Shown: positions 26,926-34,942, counted from the first letter of the stretch. The stretch is 38,028 bases of DNA from Candidatus Zambryskiibacteriota bacterium (GCA_043799105.1 JAZDOB010000003.1:1-38028); one strand, 5' to 3'. Numbers and translations: made by a program. Notes: generated by a model not told the origin, from the sequence alone.

Positions 26926-28404
26926 TGTCAGTTCATATTCCCTGTTTTCTTCCGGATATATCGCATCCACATCCAAATAATCGCGGAGGCGCTGAGTGAG
27001 AAATAATGAAGATTTCGGTTCGCCCATTATGACAAATACTCGTTTAAGTCCTCTCCCAACCCTCTCCTTGTCAAGGAGAGGGTCACGCGAAGCGAGGGGT
27101 GAGGTCAGAGTATTTACTTTCTCCACAAATTCCAGCAAATGCTCAGAATCTTTATGAGATGAGTAGCCTGTTATATTTTCTATGGTCGCTCTGACCTTAA
27201 TCTTCTCTTTTTTTAATCTTTCCATTTTTCCATCTTTAAATATTTCAATCTCTTTGGCTCCGTCTTGAATACGCCTGCCCAACGTCCCCACCGACTGATA
27301 ACCCACTAAGATAATTGTCGCTTTGGGGTCAGGCAGATAATGCGCTTCATGATTGACTACCCTGCCCCCTTCCGACATTCCCGAGCCAGCCAAAATTATT
27401 TTAGCCCCCGATATTTTTTCTATTTCTGCAGATTCGGAAGCTCGCCCCACAATGCGCAGTCCTGGGAAATCAAAAATATCGTCCCCTTCTTTTATTTCTT
27501 TTTTAACTGATTCCTTGAAATCCTTTTGATATTTCTTATAAATATCCGTCACCTTTTCGGCCAGAGGTGAATCCAAAAATACGGGAATTTGAGGAATTTC
27601 TTTGTCCTCAACCATATTATTTATTTCGTAAAGCAAAACTTGAGTTCTCTCTATTGAAAATGCCGGCATCACTATCGTCCCGCCTCTCTTTATGCCATCC
27701 AAAATGGCTTTTTTTAATTTTTCTCTCCTTTCCGATTTGCTTTCATGATTTCTGTCTCCATAGACGCTCTCCATTACCAGATAGTCCACATCTTTAGGAA
27801 ACTCTGTGTCAGGCAAAAGAGGCGAAGGCGAATTGCCCAAATCCCCCGTGAACGCTATTTTAATCTTTTTTCCTTCCCTCTCCTTGTCAAGGAGAGGGTC
27901 ACGCGAAGCGAGGGGTGAGGACAAAACCATAATAGCCGAGCCCAAAACATGCCCCGCATCCTGCATCTCCAAAAAACAATTATCAAAAAGTTCTATTTTT
28001 TCTTCATAATTTCGCCCTTCCCAGAGAGAAAAAGTTTTGGCTATATCTCTATCTTCAAAAAGAGTTTTGTCAGGATGTCTCGTCTGCATCACTTTTAAGG
28101 CATCTGTAAGCATGGGCAAAGCGAGCTCCATGGTTTCTTTAGTAGAAATTATTTTACCTTTAAAACCGCTCCGCACGAGCTTGGGTACTCGGCCAATATG
28201 GTCCATATGGGCGTGAGTAATCAAAAGAAAATCAACATCGGCTGGATTATATTTAAAGGGCTCAAAATTTTTTTCCTCAGCAAACCTCGCCCCCTGCAAA
28301 AGACCGCAATCAATCAAGATCTTGTGGCCACCGTATTCGTACATTATGTTTGCTCCCGTCGTTGAGCCGACTCCGCCGTAAAATATAAGTTTAGGGTTGC
28401 TCAT
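26923..28404 (-). CDS. MBL-fold beta-CASP ribonuclease (alternative start 28440 inside element copy 5)
   Basis: THAHMDHIG, AGHVLGS, FTGDLG, MESVYG, GSGMSEGGR, YSSH. Confidence 0.93.
   Translation of the reverse strand: MSNPKLIFYGGVGSTTGANIMYEYGGHKILIDCGLLQGARFAEEKNFEPFKYNPADVDFLLITHAHMDHIGRVPKLVRSGFKGKIISTKETMELALPMLTDALKVMQTRHPDKTLFEDRDIAKTFSLWEGRNYEEKIELFDNCFLEMQDAGHVLGSAIMVLSSPLASRDPLLDKEREGKKIKIAFTGDLGNSPSPLLPDTEFPKDVDYLVMESVYGDRNHESKSERREKLKKAILDGIKRGGTIVMPAFSIERTQVLLYEINNMVEDKEIPQIPVFLDSPLAEKVTDIYKKYQKDFKESVKKEIKEGDDIFDFPGLRIVGRASESAEIEKISGAKIILAGSGMSEGGRVVNHEAHYLPDPKATIILVGYQSVGTLGRRIQDGAKEIEIFKDGKMERLKKEKIKVRATIENITGYSSHKDSEHLLEFVEKVNTLTSPLASRDPLLDKERVGRGLKRVFVIMGEPKSSLFLTQRLRDYLDVDAIYPEENREYELT
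27060..27104 (-). repeat. 45-bp in-frame palindromic element, copy A
   Basis: Identical to 27876-27920; encodes SPLASRDPLLDKER. Confidence 0.9.
27876..27920 (-). repeat. 45-bp in-frame palindromic element, copy B
   Basis: CCCTCTCCTT-GTC-AAGGAGAGGG TCACGCGAAGCGAGGGGTGAGG. Confidence 0.9.
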
Positions 28405-28469
28405 CCCGTTAGAAGTTTTATCATCATTAGTTTTAATCATAATCTATATATTGTGGACTTCTAACGGGA
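28404..28469 (-). mobile_element. Start-codon-targeted element, copy 5 (66 bp)
   Basis: 13-bp TIR TCCCGTTAGAAGT/ACTTCTAACGGGA; direct repeat CTCA at 28400-28403 and 28470-28473. Confidence 0.85.
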
Positions 28470-28895
28470 CTCATTTATATTTTTTAAAACTATTTGTCTG
28501 TTATATTCTCTGATGTAAGCATAAAAACAACCGGCTATCGCGCCCAAAAAGTCCATCATCAAATCCATCGTCAAATCAAAAGGATAATTCGCCTTGGCCA
28601 CCATAGTCTGCTTGAAAATTAGTTCGTAAGTTTCCCAGGATACAGCTACGAACATCGCGCCCAAAACAGAAATTAATAAGAATCTCGCCAGACTTCTTTT
28701 TGAAGGATTAAAATAATCGGAAAAGAAATAAAGCCAGACAAAAAGTAGCGACAGAGCAACACCGCCTATGAAATGGACCAAGCTGTCAAACTCGTAAATG
28801 GACCAATAGAGATGATTGACGGTAGCGATGACATGAAGAATTCCGACAATCAGAAACAAAACAAGCATCTCCGGAAAAAGTGGTTTTTTGAACAT
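28461..28895 (-). CDS. Four-TM membrane protein (VanZ/DUF2238-like H..WE..D pattern)
   Basis: DSLVHFIGG, WETYE, DLTMD. Confidence 0.75.
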   Translation of the reverse strand: MFKKPLFPEMLVLFLIVGILHVIATVNHLYWSIYEFDSLVHFIGGVALSLLFVWLYFFSDYFNPSKRSLARFLLISVLGAMFVAVSWETYELIFKQTMVAKANYPFDLTMDLMMDFLGAIAGCFYAYIREYNRQIVLKNINESR

Positions 28896-28909
28896 TAAAT
28901 TATTATAAC

Positions 28910-28937
28910 AAAAAATACCCCCGAAGGGGCATCTTTT
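28910..28937 (-). terminator. Intrinsic terminator of the ncRNA
   Basis: ATGCCCC-TTCG-GGGGTAT followed by a T-tract. Confidence 0.8.
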
Positions 28938-28939
28938 GT

Positions 28940-29086
28940 AGGGTCACCCAGAATAATTCCCTAATTGAAAAATATTAGGTGGGTGGCCTCAGCTAAATTG
29001 GTCAGAATGTCTTTCGACTCTCATTGCAATCTAGAAATGTTGGCCTCCCTGAATATGTGCAATCTAGAAAATATCCGAGTGACCCT
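28940..29086 (-). ncRNA. Structured ncRNA, 6S RNA-like
   Basis: Rod fold with closing stem, central bubble and GAAA apical loop; TATAAT at 29099-29094; terminator downstream. Confidence 0.65.
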
Positions 29087-29160
29087 GTCTTAAATTATAG
29101 ACTACTCCAATATGCCGTCTAGATTTACATCGTACAAAATCTGTTCTTGGATTTAAGTTT

Positions 29161-29748
29161 CTACTTATCAACCCCAAAACGCTTGTAGTTAAATATCTTT
29201 TCATCTTTCCCAAACCAAAATTCTATCTCGTGCTTTGCCTCTTCGGCAGTTTCAGATGCATGCACCAAATTCATTACAGCCCGCTTTTCAAGATTTCCTA
29301 AAATTGGAGAATCAACTGAAAAATCTCCCCTGATTGTCCCCATATCCGCATTGCACGGCAATGTCACCCCCGCAATTTTGCGCACCATATCTACCGCATG
29401 CAAACCCTGTACAACCATCCTGACCAGAGGAGCAGATGTCATGTAATCAACGAGCCAGCCTCTCACTGTATTTCCAATTTCAAAATCGTTATCAGTCCCG
29501 AGCTCTTCTTTGGGATCAACATTATATTTAGCATAAGTTGCAAGCGTCTTGCCTCCTAAGCGGGTAATCCATTCTTTGTCTTTCGGGTAGTGCTCATTTA
29601 TCTGCTCAACTGTCGGCTGAAACATTTCAATAGCTACTATTTTCAAATCGCGTTGCTCAAAACGTTTTATTATTTCTCCTATCAAACCCTTTTGGACACC
29701 GTCGGGTTTTACCATTACAAAAGTTTTCTCTTCTTTGAAGTGTGACAT
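29161..29748 (-). CDS. ndk: Nucleoside diphosphate kinase
   Basis: TFVMVKPDGV, GTIRGDF, NLVHASE. Confidence 0.95.
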   Translation of the reverse strand: MSHFKEEKTFVMVKPDGVQKGLIGEIIKRFEQRDLKIVAIEMFQPTVEQINEHYPKDKEWITRLGGKTLATYAKYNVDPKEELGTDNDFEIGNTVRGWLVDYMTSAPLVRMVVQGLHAVDMVRKIAGVTLPCNADMGTIRGDFSVDSPILGNLEKRAVMNLVHASETAEEAKHEIEFWFGKDEKIFNYKRFGVDK

Positions 29749-29768
29749 AAAATGACTACTTAATTAAT

Positions 29769-30542
29769 TTATAATTTTGTTAATACTTCAATTCCATTTT
29801 TTGTGACCGCAACCGTATGTTCAAAGTGGGCGGAAAGGGATTTGTCGCGAGTGATAAAGGTATAGCCGTTAGAAAGTTTTTTAATTTCCCGACTACCCAA
29901 ACTAAGCATAGGCTCAATCGCTATGACCAAGCCTTCGCGGAGCTCTGGGCCTTCCCCGCGCTTTGCTTTATTGGGCACAAATGGCTCCTCGTGCACGCCG
30001 TAGCCCACCCCGTGGCCCGAGAGCCCTTCTATGATACCAAAACCATATTTCATAGCCACACGCATCACAGCATCGCCTATATCGCCTATATGACCGTGCA
30101 GTCTCATAGCTCTTATGGCCGCCTCCAGCGCCTCGTGAGTCGCCCTTATGAGAGTCGCGGCATCGTCACTTACCTTACCCACCGGCACAGTCACCGCCGC
30201 ATCAGTAATAAAATTTTGAAAAGTCAGACCCAAATCAAGAGAGACAATATCGCCTTCAAATAAAATTCTCTCATTACCGTCATTGGGAATACCGTGCACA
30301 ATCTCCTCATTTATGGAAACGCAAAGAGCCGCCGGAAATGGCCTCTTGGCATCGTAGGGCTGATAGCCCAAAAAAGAAGCCGTGCATCCCGCTTCGTCAA
30401 TAAGTTTTTCGGCATAATCGTTAAGCTCGTTTGTTTTCACTCCCGGTTTAACTTTTTTTGCCACTTCTTTGAGAATCCTAGCATGAATCCTGCCTCCCTC
30501 CCTCATTATGGCTATTTCTTCTTCTGTTTTGTATTTGATCAT
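29769..30542 (-). CDS. map: Methionine aminopeptidase type I
   Basis: SINEEIVHGIP, GHGVG..VHEEP, AIEPM, SAHFEHT. Confidence 0.97.
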   Translation of the reverse strand: MIKYKTEEEIAIMREGGRIHARILKEVAKKVKPGVKTNELNDYAEKLIDEAGCTASFLGYQPYDAKRPFPAALCVSINEEIVHGIPNDGNERILFEGDIVSLDLGLTFQNFITDAAVTVPVGKVSDDAATLIRATHEALEAAIRAMRLHGHIGDIGDAVMRVAMKYGFGIIEGLSGHGVGYGVHEEPFVPNKAKRGEGPELREGLVIAIEPMLSLGSREIKKLSNGYTFITRDKSLSAHFEHTVAVTKNGIEVLTKL

Positions 30543-31129
30543 AAACCGACTTTTTCCATTATTTCTTTGTGCACTTCTTCAATACTGTGCTCGCCGTTTA
30601 TGGAAATAAATTTGTAGCTGGAGTCGTTTTTGAAAAATTCAATAGCCGGCACGACATTTTCTTTGTACCAATTTAATCTTTTTCGCGCTCCCTCTTCGCC
30701 ATCGTCTTTCCTACCTCTGCCCAAAAGCCTTTGCACCGCAACTTCATCCGAAATCTCAATTGAAATAACAATCGGGTTCTCTCTTTTATAAAACTTGATG
30801 GCCGAATCAAGAACCGGCGCTTCTTCCTTTCTTCTGGAAAGCCCGTCAAAAATTATGTGTTCGCTTCCGGTCATATTTTGAACTAAAAATCCAGCCCAAA
30901 TCCATATTGGCATAAACTCCGGCATCAGTCCTCCAGATTCGACTATTTCTTTAGTCAGAGAAGATGTGAAAGAATCCGTTTTTATAAATTCTCGAAATTT
31001 TTCTCCTGTTTCAAGATATAAAGTTTTCCTTTCAGGATCTTTTTCTTTCAAATAATTTATTAAGAGTTCGGCCTGCGTCCCCTTCCCGCATCCCGACGGC
31101 CCAAAGAATATAAATGTTTGTGGTTGCAT
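30539..31129 (-). CDS. adk: Adenylate kinase-family NMP kinase (short LID)
   Basis: GPSGCGKGTQA, RGRKDD; position between secY and map. Confidence 0.85.
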   Translation of the reverse strand: MQPQTFIFFGPSGCGKGTQAELLINYLKEKDPERKTLYLETGEKFREFIKTDSFTSSLTKEIVESGGLMPEFMPIWIWAGFLVQNMTGSEHIIFDGLSRRKEEAPVLDSAIKFYKRENPIVISIEISDEVAVQRLLGRGRKDDGEEGARKRLNWYKENVVPAIEFFKNDSSYKFISINGEHSIEEVHKEIMEKVGL

Positions 31130-31150
31130 ATTTTCAGTATAACAGAAAAA

Positions 31151-31295
31151 AACCTCATCCCCAACCCCTTTTTTCTAACCCCCCCAACCCCCCTTACCTT
31201 AAGGGGGGAGCCACGCAATATAACCATTGTGCAGTTGAACTCTAGAATGTAGTCACCTCTCCCTTAAAGTAAGGGAGAGGAAGGGAGAAGGTTAG
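31151..31295. repeat. REP-like hairpin cluster
   Basis: AACCTCATCCCC, CCCCCTTA-CCT-TAAGGGGG, CCTCTCCCTTA-AAG-TAAGGGAGAGG. Confidence 0.65.
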
Positions 31296-31302
31296 AAATC
31301 GC

Positions 31303-31331
31303 TTGACACCACCGCCCAACTATGCTATACT
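31303..31331 (+). promoter_or_regulatory. Near-consensus sigma70 promoter
   Basis: TTGACA-17-TATACT with extended TG. Confidence 0.8.
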
Positions 31332-31395
31332 TTATAGAGTTGAACATTGTGACAAAATTTAGTTTCTACACAAAACATAGTGCGGAGAGAACAGA

Positions 31396-31575
31396 ATGAA
31401 CAAAACTCTGAAGATATTCCTGGTCGTCATCGTGGGGGCCGTAGCAACAACAGCGATAAATATGGCAATGGGAATAAATATGCCTAAAGTGGCCGGTCCC
31501 GTAGCCGGAATCGTCCATGTTGCCATGTACATGATATGGGGAGGAATCCTCTTTGACACAATCCGAGAAAGTTAG
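31396..31575 (+). CDS. 59-aa two-TM small protein missed by the ORF track
   Basis: MNKTLKIFLVVIVGAVATTAINMAMGINMPKVAGPVAGIVHVAMYMIWGGILFDTIRES; own promoter, GGAG RBS and terminator. Confidence 0.7.
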   Translation: MNKTLKIFLVVIVGAVATTAINMAMGINMPKVAGPVAGIVHVAMYMIWGGILFDTIRES

Positions 31576-31596
31576 TCGGTCCAAGAGCCCCGCACA

Positions 31597-31633
31597 GAAA
31601 AGCCCCGCGCTTTACTGGCGGGGTTTTCTTTTT
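31597..31633 (+). terminator. Intrinsic terminator
   Basis: AAAGCCCCGC-loop-GCGGGGTTTT followed by CTTTTT. Confidence 0.7.
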
Positions 31634-31719
31634 ATTTATTATTTTTTGTAGCGATGCATCGCTACATTTAGCTATATACAAATAAAACGATCGTCCAAAA
31701 TGTTGATAGTTGGTTTTTT

Positions 31720-31754
31720 CTCCCCCTCTTAAGATAAGAGGGGGCTGGGAGTGA
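31720..31754 (-). repeat. REP-like hairpin downstream of secY
   Basis: CCCCCTCTTA-AGA-TAAGAGGGGG..GGGAGTGA. Confidence 0.6.
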
Positions 31755-31772
31755 TATGAAAAAGGAGTGGGG

Positions 31773-33044
31773 CTAATACTCCCTCGCGGAGATTTGAGCG
31801 TCAACTTTTTTGATGAGATCAATGACAACGGAGACCACGATGAGAAGCGAGGTGCCTCCGACAGCAACAGCGGAAATGCCGGTAAAGTATTTAACGATAA
31901 GGGGCAAAACAGCAATAATACCGAGGAAAAGCGCGCCAACCATAGTCAAACGGAAGAGCGTCTTGGCGATATAAGCGGAAGTGGAGACGCCTGGGCGGAC
32001 ACCGGGGATAAAGGCCCCGCTTCTCTGCAGGTTTTTGGATATGGAATCCGGGTCAAAAGTAATAGCGGTATAAAAATAAGTAAAGACGAAAACAAGCAGG
32101 AAATAAGCCACCCCGTAAAACGCCTGATTATTCAAAAGAGAAAGCAAGAAAGAAGAGACGCTTTGAATGATAGTGTTGTTCACGTTAATCAAAAACTTAA
32201 TTATCATCTGAGGGAAAAGCAAAATGGAAAGAGCGAAGATGATTGGTATAACGCCGGCTTGATTTACTCTGAGTGGCAAATAAGTAGAGACCCCACCATA
32301 AACCTTATTGCCTCTCACTTGCTTGGCATAGGTCACAGGTATGGGCCTTTCGGCTTCGGTAATAACCACCACCCCCCAAATAACAACGAGGGCAGCCGCA
32401 ATAAACCCTATATAGGCGGGCAACTGCGAGGCGTCAAAGGCCAACAAAAGTTTACCTAAACTGCCGGGCAATACGGAAACAATACCGGCAAAGATAATAA
32501 GGGAAACTCCGTTGCCTACCCCAAATTCGCTGATAAGCTCGCCAAGCCACGTGAGAAGAATCGAACCGGTAGCAATAACAATGAGGTTCGTAACAAGGTC
32601 AAAAGTGCCCAATTTAGCTAAAATACCTTGGCTCTGAAGAAGAGTGATGAAAGCAAATCCCTGCATAAGAGCCAGGGGAACAGTGAGCAATCTTGAATAC
32701 TGAGAAAACTTTTTTCTGCCAGCGTCCCCCTCTTCCTGATACATGGCTTTGAGCTTGGGAAACATGACCGTCATAAGTTGCATGATGATGGAAGAAGTAA
32801 TGTAAGGAGAAACACCGAGCATAATGATGGAAAGATTTGAAAGGCCGCCACCGGAAAAAATGTTCAATAACCCGAAGAAGTCGTTGCCGGTCAAAAATTG
32901 CTGAAGTCTCAAAGTGTCAATGCCCGGGATTGGAATAACAGCCATCAGACGAAACAAAACCAAGACAAAAAGAGTAAACAAAATCCTGTTTCTTAAAATT
33001 TTATCTCCAAACACCAGTTTTAATTTGTGAATGAAATTAGCCAT
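31773..33044 (-). CDS. secY: Preprotein translocase subunit SecY
   Basis: LGVSPYITSSII, GVGNGVSLIIF, IPGVRPG, GGTSLLI. Confidence 0.98.
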   Translation of the reverse strand: MANFIHKLKLVFGDKILRNRILFTLFVLVLFRLMAVIPIPGIDTLRLQQFLTGNDFFGLLNIFSGGGLSNLSIIMLGVSPYITSSIIMQLMTVMFPKLKAMYQEEGDAGRKKFSQYSRLLTVPLALMQGFAFITLLQSQGILAKLGTFDLVTNLIVIATGSILLTWLGELISEFGVGNGVSLIIFAGIVSVLPGSLGKLLLAFDASQLPAYIGFIAAALVVIWGVVVITEAERPIPVTYAKQVRGNKVYGGVSTYLPLRVNQAGVIPIIFALSILLFPQMIIKFLINVNNTIIQSVSSFLLSLLNNQAFYGVAYFLLVFVFTYFYTAITFDPDSISKNLQRSGAFIPGVRPGVSTSAYIAKTLFRLTMVGALFLGIIAVLPLIVKYFTGISAVAVGGTSLLIVVSVVIDLIKKVDAQISAREY

Positions 33045-33387
33045 TTAAAATTTTTATTTTGGGAAGTCTTCCGCTTCTTGTTTTTATCAGACCTTTTTCC
33101 AAAAGAGCTTTGGCAGTGATCTCTTCTCCTTCTTTGAAATGAGATTTCACACGAGAAATATTTATAGCCAAAGGTTTTTCAAATCTGGACTTGAGGAAAT
33201 TTTTGCCTCGTCCGCGAAGTTTTGGCAATCTTTTTATTATATCTCGCATTTCCGGTCTTTTTTTTCTTCCGCTTCTTGCGTTTTGACCTTTGGTGCCTCG
33301 GCCGGAAGTTTTGCCGCGCGTACCACCACGACCAACTTGTTTGGCTTTTCGGTTTGCTTTATTCTTTTTTAAATTATTAAACTGCAT
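33037..33387 (-). CDS. rplO: 50S ribosomal protein L15 (C-terminally short)
   Basis: VGRG, GKTSGRGTKGQNARSG, RLPKLRG. Confidence 0.9.
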   Translation of the reverse strand: MQFNNLKKNKANRKAKQVGRGGTRGKTSGRGTKGQNARSGRKKRPEMRDIIKRLPKLRGRGKNFLKSRFEKPLAINISRVKSHFKEGEEITAKALLEKGLIKTRSGRLPKIKILNG

Positions 33388-33982
33388 GGTCTTTTAATTT
33401 TTCGATCTTTCCTTTTCTTAATGTCCCCAATGCTTTAATGGTTGCCCGAGCAATATTTAATTTATTTTTGGATCTGGAAAGAATTTTGGAAGAAACTTCT
33501 TTTACACCAGCCAACTCCAGGACCACTCTCACAGCGCTTCCGGCGATCACTCCTTTGCCCGGTGCCGGCATAATGGAGACTCTGGCGCTGGAATATTTGG
33601 CCGTTACCGGATGGTTGATTGAATTTTTTTTGTTCAAAATTATGGTAATCATGTTTTTTTTGGCTGCTTGAGTAGCCTTATCAATGGCGATTGGGGTATC
33701 TCCCGCCTTGCCGATACCCACCCCGACTCGGCCTTTTTTGTCTCCGATAACCATGGCAATGCTAAAACTAAATCTGCGACCGCCAGCCACCACTCTGGTT
33801 ACCCTTCTGACACTGATGATTTTGTTATCAAATTCTTGTCTGGCTCTTTCCGGTCTCCTTGATGGTCTGCGCTCATTTTTGCGTCGGTTTCGGTTGTCCG
33901 GATTAAAATTAACCGCGGCAACCTTAGAAGTTTCCTTTGGAGTTTCAACTTTTTCTATTTCTTTTTTTTCTTCGTTAGGCAT
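33377..33982 (-). CDS. rpsE: 30S ribosomal protein S5
   Basis: RRVTRVVAGGRRFSF, PAPGKGVIAG. Confidence 0.97.
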   Translation of the reverse strand: MPNEEKKEIEKVETPKETSKVAAVNFNPDNRNRRKNERRPSRRPERARQEFDNKIISVRRVTRVVAGGRRFSFSIAMVIGDKKGRVGVGIGKAGDTPIAIDKATQAAKKNMITIILNKKNSINHPVTAKYSSARVSIMPAPGKGVIAGSAVRVVLELAGVKEVSSKILSRSKNKLNIARATIKALGTLRKGKIEKLKDHAV

Positions 33983-34014
33983 ATTTCGATGTTACTCAAT
34001 ATAAATATTTTTAA

Positions 34015-34362
34015 TTAAAATTTAAGACCCCCGCTTCTGGCTCCGTCTGCTACGGCCGAAACCGACCCGGTATAAATATATCCGCTTCTATCAAACACTA
34101 TTTTAGATATTTTTTTTGTTTTGGCCTGTTCGGCAATCGACTCTCCAACCGCTTTGGCTTTTTCCAAAACATTTTTACCTTTTATATCTTTGCTGGTGGC
34201 GGAAGCCAAAGTCACACCCTTGGAATCGTCAATGAGTTGAGCGGTGATGTATTTGTTTGACCTGAAAATGGAAAGTCTCGGTTTATCGCTCACGCCAAAA
34301 ATTTTGGCCCTAATGCGCTTTTTTCTTCTTTCTCTCTGTATTTTTTTTATCTTTGTATCCAT
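34015..34362 (-). CDS. rplR: 50S ribosomal protein L18
   Basis: [22 protein letters not shown]. Confidence 0.97.
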   Translation of the reverse strand: MDTKIKKIQRERRKKRIRAKIFGVSDKPRLSIFRSNKYITAQLIDDSKGVTLASATSKDIKGKNVLEKAKAVGESIAEQAKTKKISKIVFDRSGYIYTGSVSAVADGARSGGLKF

Positions 34363-34363
34363 T

Positions 34364-34897
34364 TTATACGCTTCTCTTACCCTGCTTTCTCCTTATAACT
34401 TCATCAAAATATCGGAATCCCTTGCCTTTGTAAGGTTCCGGCTTTTTTAAAGCTCTCACTTTGGCGGTAAAACTGCCGACCATCTCCTTGTCTGTGCCGG
34501 AAACGCTGACGACATTTTTTTCAGCTTTAACAGCCAAACCTTGCGGTATTTCCACTTCCACCGGGTGAGAAAACCCTAAAGCCAGCACCAATTTGTTGCC
34601 ACTCACCTGAGACTTGAATCCCACCCCCTCCAGAATAAGTTTCTTTTCAAATCCTTCGTTTACGCCCTTTATCATATTTTTTATGTGAGAGGCATAAGTA
34701 CCCCACAAAGCTTTGGTCTGGTTGTTTTCTTTAACAGGAACCAAAGAAATGTTTTTGCCGTCAATGGTAATGGTAATATCGGAACGGAAAGTCCTCTCCA
34801 AAGCGCCTTTAGGGCCTTTCACGGAAATAACACCGGAAGTCATAGAAACTTCTGTCTTGTCCGGTATAACTATTCCTTTTTTACCTATTCTACTCAT
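34364..34897 (-). CDS. rplF: 50S ribosomal protein L6
   Basis: [20 protein letters not shown]. Confidence 0.98.
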   Translation of the reverse strand: MSRIGKKGIVIPDKTEVSMTSGVISVKGPKGALERTFRSDITITIDGKNISLVPVKENNQTKALWGTYASHIKNMIKGVNEGFEKKLILEGVGFKSQVSGNKLVLALGFSHPVEVEIPQGLAVKAEKNVVSVSGTDKEMVGSFTAKVRALKKPEPYKGKGFRYFDEVIRRKQGKRSV

Positions 34898-34903
34898 TGT
34901 TTT

Positions 34904-34939
34904 ATTAGTGTCATTCGTGTTAATTCGTGTATTTGTGTC
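34904..34939. repeat. ATTMGTG-unit micro-repeat in the rpsH-rplF spacer
   Basis: ATTAGTGTC ATTCGTGTTA ATTCGTGT ATTTGTGTC. Confidence 0.65.
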
Positions 34940-34942
34940 GAG

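Noticed and set aside
31-28469. CCCGTTAGAA repeats as a CRISPR array
   Set aside because: The repeats are inverted pairs dispersed over 28 kb, not tandem direct repeats, and no cas genes are present
29866-29876. CCGTTAGAAA within map, resembling the element TIR
   Set aside because: Half-site only, with no partner repeat or duplication; encodes ordinary LSNG
31359-31939. Minus-strand ORFs 31359..31559, 31366..31584 and 31484..31939
   Set aside because: The plus-strand 59-aa ORF has the promoter, RBS and terminator; these ORFs run through repeats or overlap secY
31767-32459. 230-aa plus-strand ORF
   Set aside because: Antisense shadow of secY; the same applies to the other ORFs opposite copA, tuf, nusA, rny and the r-protein genes
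33377-33387. Missing rpmD as a novel loss
   Set aside because: Absence of L30 is an established CPR trait
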